Source of the DNA: Podarcis cretensis
Lineage: Eukaryota
Assembly: GCA_951804945.1 (NCBI GenBank)
Contig: OX638155.1
Span: 5,456,001 to 5,520,000, forward strand
Direction of reading: 5' to 3'
DNA: 64,000 bases
How positions within the stretch are numbered: the stretch's first letter is position 1; every line of letters begins with the position of its first letter. Under the pieces are notes generated by a model. It was not told the origin of the DNA. It saw only the letters and a list, made by a program, of their open reading frames with translations, and searched no databases. Below, piece by piece: positions 25,725-38,134 of this stretch. A program made the position numbers and the translations under genes.

Positions 25725-26164
25725 GTGAGCACATAGATTTCAGTACTTTCCATTTGATCTCCCAGTATTCTAAAATGCATAGGAAACTTTCCTGAGTACA
25801 AAAGGTTTCCTGGCTCAGGCAATCACCATCCAGGAATGGGAGACTAAGAAGAACCACAGCATGGTGTAGATTGCACATCTCTTCCCGAGGCCCCTCCTTT
25901 GCATGTTTAGTTAAAGCTAAGGATGCATTCCTGAAGGCTGCTAGTGCCATTGTTTAATAATGATTAACAAGGTCTCTAGAACAGGTAGGTTTACCTGAAC
26001 ATTTGGTAGAAGGGCTCTATCTCCATGGCTGTAGGACAGAGGTGGACAACCACTGGGCTCCATGCACCTTCCACTTCTGTCAGTGCAGTCCCCCAAACTG
26101 CCTATATCTTCCTGATCCTGCCAAAGAGAAACACCACTAGCAGAGACAGGGTGGGGTGGGGAAT

Positions 26165-26531
26165 CAGTCATATCTCATCCACCTGGTGACTGCAGTGGCT
26201 TTTGTTTCCTGCTTGTTCTTCATTTTCTTCCTTGTTTTTACTGGCCATCAGGTTGCACGGATGGAGAAAACTGCAACTGTTTGAGTAAAGGAGTGTGAAT
26301 TTCAGTGGTGCTCCTGTCTCACAGTTTGTAGCTATTGATGGAATCCAAACATTTGTTTACTCTTATTGTGATGATCTTTCTCTTACCACTGACTTTAGGA
26401 AAAACCAGTTTAACACTTCCAAGGCAAATTATTTCCATACTGCGACCAATGATCAGGCCTAGGAGGTAAAGAATCCTATTTTTGCTAATGGGGATTTAGA
26501 TTGGAACAATGGAAATGAAATCAGAGACCAG
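26165..26531 (+). pseudogene. Relic 3' end (TM + cytoplasmic) of a gamma-A exon
   Basis: Aligns to [13 protein letters not shown]...WR...[13 protein letters not shown]...SLTTD. It has a +1 frameshift in the TM, stops at 26286 (TAA) and 26460 (TAG), and a decayed donor CAG|GTGTGC. The ectodomain and promoter are absent. Confidence 0.85.
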
Positions 26532-26868
26532 GTGTGCTAACTTTTTCTTTTAATTGTAAATGTAGTTACAAATCTTGACAGATAAATTTCCCATTTATCT
26601 CTTTTCTTGACCCTTTTCAAAGCAACGAGACATGTTGGTAATTATTTTATTTCACTTATAGCTAGTATCTTATTTTACTAGTAGGGAAATCTTTATTGGT
26701 TTCAATCTGTGTTTTCTTAAACCACTGGGGCTTACGTGACAGTAAGGATTTTATATTTGAAATTTATTGTGGTTTGGCTCTGTGCAGGATATTTGAGCAA
26801 GCTACCTACACAAGCCAGCCTGCCCACTGTATTTATTTCTCATAATAGGCCTTGCTCTGTGTTCTGTC

Positions 26869-27042
26869 TGGTTGCCATATGTCCAGAATTTCCCAGACAT
26901 ATCCAGAATTTGTCAGCATCATCTGGGCAGAAATCAGAAAAATGTTAGGGAAAATCCAGGCGTACGGCAGCCCACGTTGGCAGTTGCGATCTGGCCCAAC
27001 AACTTTTCTGTCCGGATTTTCACTGTTTGAAACATGGCAGCT
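26869..27042. mobile_element. Degenerate hAT (Blackjack-like) MITE
   Basis: ggttgccatatgtcc ... acatggcagc inverted ends resemble those of the element at 29052. No clean TSD. Confidence 0.4.
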
Positions 27043-27750
27043 GAAGGTCTGATTGCCTGAGACACAAGCCAGAAGGCACAGCGGGTGGTCTTCTCACTTT
27101 GGTGAGTGGCAAGGAGGGAAAAAGAGGGGGAAAGAAGGTAGCAGAAAGAGGGGGGAAAGGGGTGGCCTATTTTTTTGTCTTGGCCCCTCCCCCCAACTGT
27201 GCCCACATTTAGCTTCAGCCCTGTCCACCATTGGATTTTGTCTTGCCCAGCATCTGCATACAGCCCCTGGCAGATTACTTCTGGCCCCCTGTTCTGTTCT
27301 GTTGTGGAATGCCTCCCCCCTGGGAAGTCTGATTGCCCCCCTCATTAACTGACAGGCTGTGAATACCTCTATGTTCAGTTACACTGTCAATTATTTCTTC
27401 CACCTCCCTGTTGGTTGATTAATTGTTTTCATTCAAGTTGTGATCTGCTTTGGAAGTCCCTGGACTAAAAGCTGAGTTGAACCTATTTTGAACAAATAAA
27501 TACATTTTCCTGTGGTAACATGATCTTCTGGTTCTCTTTGCCAACCACTATTCTTAAATAGGTGCAACGTGTGCCTAGTTATGTGCAAGTAATAATTGCT
27601 CACAGTAGCATAAAGTACCTCTAAGCCTGGAAGGAAAGGGGGTGTTGCTATATGCACTTTGAGTGCTGATGGGAATTGCATGCTGAAATAGCTGCCCTAT
27701 CCTACCTGCATTACAGTTCCCAATCCCATACCAGGAGCCATGTGCTAGAA

Positions 27751-27871
27751 CAGGTCCTCCAAATGTTTTGGGACTACAATTCCCATCATCCCTGACCACT
27801 GGTCCTGCTAGCTAGGGATGATGGGAGTTGTAGTCCCAAAACATCTGGAGGGCCGAGTTTGGGGATGCCTG
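27751..27871. mobile_element. Palindromic hAT MITE
   Basis: Long hairpin (tgttttgggactacaattcccatcatccct / agggatgatgggagttgtagtcccaaaaca), CAGG...CCTG ends, and 8-bp TSD tgctagaa/tgccagaa. Confidence 0.8.
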
Positions 27872-29051
27872 TGCCAGAAGGAGGCATCCATCCTCTAATC
27901 TACCTTGCTGGACTGGTCAAATAATCCTTGCTGGATTAATCAAATATAGATTCATTTTGCTATGTGTATGCATTGTGTTTTAGTCTATGCATTTGACCAA
28001 TCTTTCTATTCTGGACAATGGTGTTACTATTCACTGATAACTCCACATTTTCAGGTAATAAGAATTTAACCTATCAAATTAATATCAACAATAAGACCGA
28101 TAGAATGATAGAAAATTATTCCGAATCTATGATTGCATTCAAGTCAAGAGTGGATATAAGCAGTTCTGGATATATCTTAGACCCCCTAAAGAAAGTTTCT
28201 TATCACTCAAATCCTCTCCGCTGAATGGCTCTGCACTGATACTATAATGGCAGAAATAAAGTTCTCAGTTCAAAACAACTACTGTTACTACTACTACTAC
28301 TACTATGATTAATTATTACATTTCAGTTTACAGTCTGACAAACTGAAATTCTGGCAGAGTAGTGCACACTTTGAGTGCACTTGTGTAGAAGCTTTTTCTT
28401 CATGTCATAAACATTCCTGATTAATTACAGTAAACTTCCACATATGCCAAAGCAATCCAAAAACGCAATACATCTAACAAATCTTTTATCTTCAGATATA
28501 AGTCTCATTGAGTTTATACTCAGGTAAGTTGGTATAGGATTCCAATGTAAAAACTGTAATAAAATCTTACTAGCAAAGGTTGAATAGAATTAAGTACCAA
28601 TACTATGAAAACAGAAATGAAAAACCAATTATTCAAAAGGATCATATGCGTCTTCTTGGGAAATACCATTGAAAAGCATCCAAAAAAGTCAAAGGGAGAA
28701 TATTGAATAATTCACCACCTAAGGAATTAGGAATCATCACACAGAATCGTAAGGAAAGATGTATCACCCAAAACTTCCTCTAGTGCAGCAGTGGCCAGCC
28801 AGATGCCACAGGGAAGGTTACAAACATATGAGAAAAATGTCAAATGAATATGCATGCCTAAAGAATGAAAGAGTTATCCTGTGCTAAAGTGAATTTAATT
28901 TTTTTTTTCCAGCATGTTATTATGGCCAATAGAACAGAAATAAAGCACACAATGCACCAAAATCTTAAAGACAGAACAAAATACAAAATTTAAATTTGCT
29001 AAACAAGTTCATAATTAAATAAAGGCCAAATCACCAGAATTCTGGCAGGGA

Positions 29052-29264
29052 TAGGGTTGCCAGGGCAGCCCACAATTGTTTTTAGGAAAACCTGAAACTT
29101 GTTGAGCTTTTTCTAGACAAAAACACCCCTAAAACCATGATTTTGCGATTGACTTGAATAAGAACGAGGACAAAGCGCCAACTCTTGGAAATTCCCCCAA
29201 GATGTCAATTCCGCCTTTGAAATCCCAGTAACGTCCAGGGAAATCCAAACGTAGGGCAGCCCTA
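29052..29264. mobile_element. hAT (Blackjack/Tip100-like) MITE
   Basis: TIRs tagggttgcc / ggcagcccta. Perfect 8-bp TSD ggcaggga (29044-29051, 29265-29272). Confidence 0.85.
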
Positions 29265-29567
29265 GGCAGGGATGTAGGCTTTCTGAATTATTGCATGGTT
29301 TTCTTCTGGTGGTAACTGCTTGTGTTTATGCTACATCAAAAACACCCTAAAGTGTCATTATCATCTACCAGCAAAAGCAATAAAAATATTAAAATAACAG
29401 TTTGTATGCAATGAAAAACAAACCTGAATTAAGCTTATGTGACTTCTGATCAAGTGATACTAAAGTACATTTGGACAACCAGTGAAAGAATTTTAAGTCA
29501 TTCACAATTCTCCATAGATATCAGGGGGAAATAGCAATATAGAATTATAAACATGAAAATAAGCAAA

Positions 29568-29603
29568 TACAGTTCCCCATGTGAACTCAGAGTGTCACTG
29601 TTG
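29568..29603 (+). promoter_or_regulatory. CSE / CTCF site of V5 promoter (CACT variant)
   Basis: tacag-N12-actcagagtgtcactgttg, with the same spacing as the other CSEs; 242 bp before the ATG. Confidence 0.75.
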
Positions 29604-29837
29604 CACAACGTGGGAGCAGCCATGGCTCAGCATTTCTGAGACTCTTGGAGCTCTCTCTCTCTCTTAACACATCAGCGGAGCAGAAAGGAAAAGCTTTTAT
29701 CTTAAAAGCTGCTCAAGAAAGGAAAGCTCTGAGTTTCCCAAGGATCAGCTGAAAAGAAGAATATTTATATTATCTCAAATAAGTGTACTGGGAGTCTTGA
29801 AAACTGTACTGAAAGCAAGAAGAAATCAGGAAAGGCA

Positions 29838-32267
29838 ATGGATGTGATGGAAGTAAAGCAGGCAGAGAGAACAAGGAAGATCACCAGGAGGCAAGTACTG
29901 TTTCTGTTCATATTCTGGTCTGTGTTCTGCTGCCAGGTAGCGTCTGAGAAGGTTCAGTATTCAGTTCCAGAGGAAGCAGAGCAGGGGTCCTTTGTGGGGA
30001 ACCTTGCTAAAGATCTGGGGTTGGATCTCAGAGAGCTGTCAAAGCGCAAGCTTGGTATTTCTTCAGAAAAGCAATTCTTTGATCTGAATGAACAAAATGG
30101 CAACCTGTATGTGAATGAGAGGATAGACCGGGAAGAGATTTGTGGGGAATCATCTACTTGTGTCGTAAAACTAGAAGTTGTGGCACACAATCCTTTGAAT
30201 ATTTTCCAAGTAAATATTTTTATTCAGGATACTAATGACAATGCTCCACATTTCCGGAATGAAAATATTGAGCTTAAATTTAGTGAATCTACTCTGCCGG
30301 GAACTCGATTTGCTCTTGGAAATGCTGAAGATGATGATATCGGAATAAACTCCCTCCAGAATTATCAGTTGAGCTCAACTCCATATTTCAAACTAGAAAT
30401 TCAAAACAGCAATGATGGTGGAAAATATGCAGAATTAATATTGCAGAAACAACTGGACAGGGAAAAAGAACACATGCACCACATGGTCCTTACAGCCATG
30501 GATGGTGGAGAACCTCCAAAAACCGGAACAGCCAAAATATTGGTAACAGTTGTTGATATTAATGACAATGCCCCTGTTTTCACCCAGACAATCTATAAAG
30601 TGAGCCTGAAGGAGAGTGCACCCAAAAGAACCTCTGTGCTTCAAGTCAAAGCATCTGACAGTGATGAAGGGTCCAATGCTGAGATCACTTACACTTTCAG
30701 TGACATCCCAAAAACAGCTGAGCAGAAGTTTCATCTGGATCCCAGAGATGGAACAATTACACTTATAGAAAGTGTTGATTTTGAGGATAGACAAAAATAT
30801 GTGATGATAATTCAGGCAAGTGATGGAGGAGGATTGGCAGCACATTGCAATGTGGAGATTGAGGTTCTTGATGAGAATGACAATGCTCCAGATGTGATCC
30901 TCACATCCGTGTCCAGCCTAGTTCCGGAAGATGTCACATCTGGAGCTGTGATTGCTCTCATTAAAGTTCAGGACAGGGATTCTGGGGATAATGGAGAAGT
31001 CACCTGTCACCTGAGGGAACTTGGACCTTTCCTTATAGTCTCATCTTTGGATAATTATTTCAAGCTCCTCATAGATGGTGCCCTTGACAGAGAAAGGACT
31101 CCTGAGTATAATATTACAATCACAGCCACAGACAAAGGCACCCCTCCACTCTCCACACACAAATCCATATCCATACAGATCTCAGATATCAATGATAACC
31201 CACCAGCCTTTGAAAAATCTTCCTACACTGCCTACGTTCCAGAGAACAACCCATCTGGAGCTTCAATTTTCCATGTCAAGGCCTCTGACCCAGATCTGGA
31301 TCGCAATGCCAGAATCACTTACTCCATCCTTAACAGCAACATCAAGGATCTGCCTCTCTCCTCCTATGTCTCCATTAACTCTGAGACCGGGATCATCTAT
31401 GCCCAACGCTCCTTTGACTATGAGCAATTCAGGGAGTTTCAGATTCAAGTGAAGGCCCAAGATGGAGGTTCTCCACCACTCAATAGCAGTGCCACAGTGA
31501 CAGTATGTGTTTTGGATCGAAATGATAACGCTCCGCAGATCCTGTACCCCTCACAATCAACAGAGGGCTCACCTTTCTTTGAGATGGTGCCTCGGTCAGC
31601 TGAGTCGGGTTATCTGGTGACGAAGGTGGTGGCTGTGGACTCTGATTCGGGACATAATGCCTGGCTCTCCTTCCATCTCCTGCAGGCCACAGAGCCCTCA
31701 CTCTTCAGCATTGGCTCCCACACAGGAGAGGTGCGCACAGTCCGAGCATTACTTGAGAAAGATGCAGTGAAGCAGAGGCTGGTCATCCTGGTGAAGGACA
31801 ATGGGCATCCTCCTCTCTCAGCCACCACAACTTTGAGCCTGGTGTTTGCTGAGAACTTCCAAGAGGCTCTTCCGGAAATGAACTCCCAACCAAATGACTC
31901 AGAATATCAGTCTGATCTACAGTTTTATTTGGTATTGGCCTTGACCTTGGTGTCCTTTCTCTTCCTGGTGACGGTGATTCTGACCATTCTGATGAAGCTT
32001 CAAAGGTCAAGGAACCCCACTTTCCTTCAGTGCTTTATTCCTGACCCCCACTCAAAGGCTGGTGCCATATTCCCACCCAATTATGAGGACGGAACTTTGC
32101 CTTATTCCTACCAGGTCTGTTTGTCCTCTGAATCCAGGAGGAATGAGCTGACATTCCTGCAGCCCACTGTCCAAATAGCAGAGAACCTCCTTTGCAATGG
32201 CAATTCTGACATTTCTTTGATGGTCAGTGGGCGTAATTTAATTTCTGAAAAGGAAAATGGCAGCACG
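29838..32267 (+). CDS. PCDHGB: Protocadherin gamma-B-like variable exon V5 (810 codons to donor)
   Basis: Gamma-B hallmarks: RRQVLF leader, GGLAAHC in EC3, [18 protein letters not shown] start, and [13 protein letters not shown] cytoplasmic motif. Donor ACG|GTGAGT at 32267/32268. The start could be the second Met (codon 4). Confidence 0.92.
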
Positions 32268-32589
32268 GTGAGTTATATTTCATGTTCCTTATAGGGAATT
32301 TGGTGTTATCACTTGTTTGAGAGTTTATTTGTAAACAGTGGATGTTATCAAGCTGGCACTCCAGACAATTCATGCCATGTTATCAGGAAGGTAGGTAGAG
32401 AGTAATACTGAGCTGCTACTGCTGCAGAGCAACCTAATGGGATGGATTTTTCAGCAGTTGTTGAGGGAGAAAACTGCAAATTATGGAAGCCTCAGTCTGA
32501 ATTATCTAGATGCCTATATTCATGCTGACTTAGGGTGATGATCTGGGACCATAGTATAGTATGTTTGAGTGGAGACAATGCAAAATTGT

Positions 32590-32638
32590 TTCCTTCCTTC
32601 CTTCCTTCCTTCCTTCCTTCCTTCCTTCCTTCCTTCCT
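32590..32638. repeat. (TTCC)n microsatellite, paralogous to 58293-58349
   Basis: Direct reading. Confidence 0.9.
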
Positions 32639-33162
32639 TTTTTCTTTCTTTGCAGCATGACTAAATTTAATATGTAGCTATTTTAATGTTCTCTCTTTAA
32701 GAAGATACAGTATATGCAAGAACAAACACAAAAACATCCTACATAGTATATGCTTCAAGAAGTTTGCAAATTTTTTAGTTATTGGCAAAATTCTCCTTAT
32801 TATCAAACTAAATATTAGGAAGTTTGTGGAGAGTTTTTTATGTGTTATGGGGAAGGAAATAGAGGATTGAACATCTTTTGTTGACAGTCTGCCAGCAGGG
32901 ATAATTACATGGTGATTGATGATAGCCAGACATAAGTCTCTTGGCTCCCATATTCATTTTGGGGAAAAGAGTGAATGAGAGATTAATCCCTGGTGCTTTG
33001 AAAAAACTGTTTTCTGTTGTCAAGAGACCAAGAAGCAGTCAGCTCCTAGGAATTCAGATGGGGGTTAAGTGACTTGAGAGCTGAGGAATTTACATCTTGC
33101 CCTAAAGCCATGTAAAAGCTGAGATGGGTATGGGATCTGCAAAAGTCTCCCTTTCTTAATTA

Positions 33163-33480
33163 CAGTGGTGTCTCGCAAGATGAAAATAATTCATTCCACG
33201 AGTCTCTTCGTCTAGCGGTTTTTTCGTCTTGCGAAGCACAGCCATTAGCGGATTAGTGGATTAGTGCTATTAGCGGCTTAGCGGCTTAGCGGCTATTAGT
33301 GACTTAGCGGCTTAGAAAAGGGGGGGGAGGGGAAAAACTCGCAAGACTCGCAAGACATTTTCGTCTTGTGAAGCAAGCCCATAGGGAAATTCATCTTGCG
33401 AAGCACCTCGAAAAATGGAAAACCCTTTCATCTAGTGAGTTATTCGTCTTGCGAGGCATTCGTCTTGCTGGGCACCACTG
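33163..33480. mobile_element. Tc1/mariner (Tigger/pogo-like) MITE, family 1
   Basis: TIRs cagtggtg...caccactg and TA TSD. An empty paralogous site lies at 58845-58846. Confidence 0.9.
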
Positions 33481-33687
33481 TATTTTTGGGACAGTTATAA
33501 TTTATAACTGATGGAGATTTGTCCAGTTTTAACAATGGAAATCTGTATATTTGTATTTTTTAGATTGAGAGTATATAAATGTTCTACATTGTTAAACTTT
33601 TATATTATTAAAAATGGATAAAAATAATATTTTAAAAATGACAACCATAATTTAAAGCACACAGAAAGTTAAAATCACAACAGAATA

Positions 33688-33927
33688 CAGTGGTACCTCG
33701 GGTTAAGTACTTAATTCATTCCGGAGGTCCGTTCTTAACCTGAAACTGTTCTTAACCTGAAGCACTACTTTAGCTAATGTGGCTTCCCGCTGCCACCACG
33801 CCGCCAGAGCACGATTTTTGTTCTCATCCTGAAGCAAAGTTCTTAACCCGAGGTACTATTTCTGGCTTAGCAGTCTGTAACCTGAAACGTATGTAACCTG
33901 AAGCGTATGTAACCCGAGGTACCACTG
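33688..33927. mobile_element. Tc1/mariner MITE, family 2
   Basis: TIRs cagtggtacctcgggtta / taacccgaggtaccactg and TA TSD. An empty paralogous site lies at 59181-59182. Confidence 0.9.
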
Positions 33928-35436
33928 TAGATTAATACAAATTAAAGCAAATTAAAAATGCAAGCAATCGAATGTAAGATTGATTGCATTATACTCCTTA
34001 TAACTTGGAACCTTCACCCTATGTCAGAAAACAACAGCAACACACTAACTTTTTTTTGGGGGGGGGGGTTCTACCCCAATGAGATTTGCAATATAAGGTG
34101 TGGGTAGAATTTTGAATCCCAGAAAATATATGTGTCTGTAGTGTCAGAAGAAGAGTGCTTGACAATGTCCAAACATCCCAAGCCGGAAAACACTTATTTG
34201 TGGGATGTGTTTCTGACCCTATTAAGAAACTCACAAGAAAACTGTCCTTGGTTAGAGAGATGTCCCCAAACAACATTATACGGCTTGTGCCAAGTTATTG
34301 ACACAGCTGTAAGTAGTAGGGGCTGAACTTTGAAGATATTGTAGGGGTGACCATTTGTGACAATGTCCTGGAAGTACGTTCATTGCAGAATCAAAACTGC
34401 ATTGGAGCGGGTGGGGTGGGAATGCTTTGATTCACACAAAATTGTATGACGGTTAAAGAGAAACTGGAAATGATTTAATATTGGGAACACTTAGGAAAAA
34501 ATGGTGCTTGAAATAGTTGCATTACATTATTCTTAATACAAGTGGTAAAATATTTTGTTCACATTAATCAAATGCACATTGGTTAGTTTGGTCTTTCAGT
34601 ATTTTATTCCTTTACAGAAACTTTTTTAATGGAATTATGCAAAAGTATAGAGATATTAATGCTATGTTTAAACTGGGTGAAAGAAAGATAGCAAATAACA
34701 TAATAATGTATAACATGTTGTCTCTTTTACAAAGAGTGCAGCTAGCTTTAGTCCAGGTCCTATGAGAAGATTTTAAATATAAGCTCTCCCATCTTTTTTA
34801 ATCACTTTAATTCAGCAAGGACCCAGTTTTCTTTGAATTAATTTCAAGCATAAAATGGGTTTCACCAGTACCATTAGCTAAACCTCCCTGCCATTTCTTC
34901 CCTTTATCAAGTAAAAATAAAATCACCCTTGAAAAAGTGTGGGGTGCTGGTGGTAACTGTCAGTGGGCAGAGGTAGGAAAGTCCTATCTAACCTCAAACC
35001 AGAAATGATGTTCCTGAACATGCACAGAACTGGAACTTCCTGCCAGGGAGCATGTCAAATGTAGACCCCACTGCCTCCTGATCCAATAAAGGAGACATTG
35101 ACAAACCATGTGTACCCTGACAAGGAATTACACTCTGGAAGACCACAATTTCTTTAGAAGCCTCTGGAAACAAACTTTCTGTATCTGATGAGCCCTCCTC
35201 ACCAACAGGCATCCCCTCTCTACTATTCCTATGGGTTTTCTTGGTTTTTTTCACTTCTTTTTAAAGAAAGAAAATAAAGCAATGATGCTGAATAGTAAGG
35301 GACTGGGAAGCGAAGAGGATGCACACAAGTGATGGAGAAGAAATTTGTTTCAGATTGCATTTAAAGGTGTACTTATATTACAAACAATTCCCTACTTAAG
35401 AGACAAAATTCCATGTAGAATTCTAGAAATAGTAAA

Positions 35437-35472
35437 AGCAGTTCACCATATGGACTCAGAGTGTCACTGTTG
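35437..35472 (+). promoter_or_regulatory. CSE / CTCF site of V6 promoter (CACT variant)
   Basis: agcag...ggactcagagtgtcactgttg; 240 bp before the ATG. Confidence 0.75.
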
Positions 35473-35704
35473 GACAACGTGGGAGCAGCCATGGCTCAGC
35501 ATTTCCGAGACTCTTGGAGCAGTCTTTCTCTCTTAACATTTCAGCGGAGCAGAAAGGAAAAGCTTTTATTTTAAAAGCTGCTCAAGAAAGGAAATCTCTG
35601 TTTCCCAGGGATCAGCTGAAAAGAACAACATTAGTACTATCTCACTTAAGTGTACTGGGAGTCTTGAAAACTGAAGTGAAAGGAGGAGGAAATCAGGAAA
35701 GGCA

Positions 35705-38134
35705 ATGGATGTGATGGAAGTAAAGCAGGCAGAGAGAACAAGGAAGATCATCAGGAGGCAAGTACTGTTTCTGTTCATATTCTGGTCTGCGTTCTTCTGC
35801 CAGGTGGGGTCTGAGCAGGTTGAATATTCAGTTCCAGAGGAAGCAGAGCAGGGCTCCTTTGTGGGGAACCTTGCTAAAGATCTGGGCATGGATGTCAGAG
35901 AGCTGTCAAAGCGCAAGCTTGGAGTTTCTTCAGAAAAGCAATTCTTTGATCTGAATGAACAAAATGGCAACCTGTATGTAAATGAGAGGATAGACCGGGA
36001 AGAGATTTGTGGGGAATCATCTACTTGTGTCCTCAAATTAGAAGTTGTGGCACACAATCCTTTGAATATTTTCCACGTAAATATTTTTATCCAGGACATC
36101 AATGATAATGCCCCACATTTCCAGAATGAAAATATTGATCTCAAATTGAGTGAATCTACTCTGCCGGGAACTCGATTTGCTCTTGGAAATGCTGAAGATG
36201 ATGATATCGGAATGAACTCCCTGCAGAATTATCAATTGAGCTCAACTCCATATTTCAAACTAGAAATTCAAGCTGGCAATGATGGTGGCAAATATGCAGA
36301 ATTAATATTGCAGAAACAATTGGACAGGGAAAAAGAACAGATGCACCACATTGTCCTTACAGCCATGGATGGTGGAGAACCTCCAAAAACCGGAACAGCC
36401 AAAATATTGGTGACAGTTATTGATATTAATGACAATGCCCCTGTTTTCACCCAGACAATCTATAAAGTGAGCCTGAAGGAGAGTGCACCCAAAGGAACCT
36501 CTGTGCTTCAAGTCATAGCATCTGACAGTGATGAAGGGTCATATGCTGAGATCACTTACACTTTCAGTGACATCCCAAAAACAGCCAAGCAGAAGTTTCA
36601 TCTGGATCCCAGAGATGGAACAATTGCACTTATAGAAAGTGTTGATTTTGAGGACAGACAAAAATATGTGATGAAAATTCAGGCAAGTGATGGAGGAGGC
36701 TTGGCGGCACATTGCAATGTGGAGATTGAGGTTCTTGATGAGAATGACAATGCTCCAGATGTGATCCTTACCTCTGTGTCCAGCCCAGTTCCGGAAGATG
36801 TCACATCTGGAGCTGTGATTGCTCTCATTAAAGTTCAGGACAGGGATTCTGGGGATAATGGGGAAGTCACCTGTCACCTGAAGGAACTTGTACCTTTCCT
36901 GATAGTCTCATCTTCTGATAATTATTTCAAGCTCCTCATAGATGGTGCCCTTGACAGAGAAAGGACTCCCGAGTATAATATTACAATCACAGCCACAGAC
37001 AAAGGCACACCTCCACTCTCCACACTCAAAACCATATCAATACAGATCTCAGATATCAATGATAACCCACCAGCCTTTGAAAAATCTTCCTACACTGCCT
37101 ACATTCCAGAGAATAACCCATCTGGAGCTTCAATTTTCCACATCAAGGCCTCTGACCCAGATCTGGATCGCAATGCCAGAATCACTTACTCCATCCTTAA
37201 CAGCAACATCAAGGACCTGCCTCTCTCCTCCTATGTCTCCATTAACTCTGAGACCGGGATCATCTATGCCCAACGCTCCTTTGACTATGAGCAATTTAGG
37301 GAGTTTCAGATTCAAGTAAAGGCCCAAGACGGAGGTTCTCCACCACTCAATAGCAGTGCCACAGTGACAGTATGTGTTTTGGATCGAAATGATAACGCTC
37401 CGCAGATCCTGTACCCCTCACAATCAACAGAGGGCTCACCTTTCTTTGAGATGGTGCCTCGGTCAGCTGAGTCGGGTTATCTGGTGACGAAGGTGGTGGC
37501 CGTGGACTCTGATTCAGGACACAATGCCTGGCTCTCCTTCCATCTCCTGCAGGCCACAGAGCCCTCACTCTTCAGCATTGGCTCCCACACAGGAGAGGTG
37601 CAAACAGTCCGAGCATTACTTGAGAGAGATGCAGTGAAGCAGAGGCTGGTCATCCTGGTGAAGGACAATGGGCATCCTCCTCTCTCAGCCACCACAACTT
37701 TGAGCCTGGTGTTTGCTGAGAACTTCCAAGAGGCTCTCCCAGAAATGAACTCCCAACCAAATGACTCAGAGTATCAGTCTGATCTACAGTTTTATTTGGT
37801 ATTGGCCTTGACCTTGGTTTCCTTTCTGTTCCTGGTGACGGTGATTCTGACCATTCTGATGAAGCTTCGAAGGTCAAGGAACCCCACTTTCCTTAAGTGC
37901 TTTATTCCTGACCCCCACTCAAAGGCTGGTGCCATATTCCCACCCAATTATGAGGACGGAACTTTGCCTTATTCCTACCAGGTCTGTTTGTCCTCTGAAT
38001 CCAGGAGGAATGAGCTGACATTCCTGCAGCCCACAGTCCAAATAGCAGAGAACCTCCTTTGCAATGGCAACTCTGACATTTCTTTGATGGTCAGTGGAGG
38101 CAATTTAATTTCTGAAAAGGAAAATGACAGCACG
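35705..38134 (+). CDS. PCDHGB: Protocadherin gamma-B-like variable exon V6 (810 codons to donor)
   Basis: Near-identical paralog of V5. Donor ACG|GTGAGT at 38134/38135. Confidence 0.92.
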
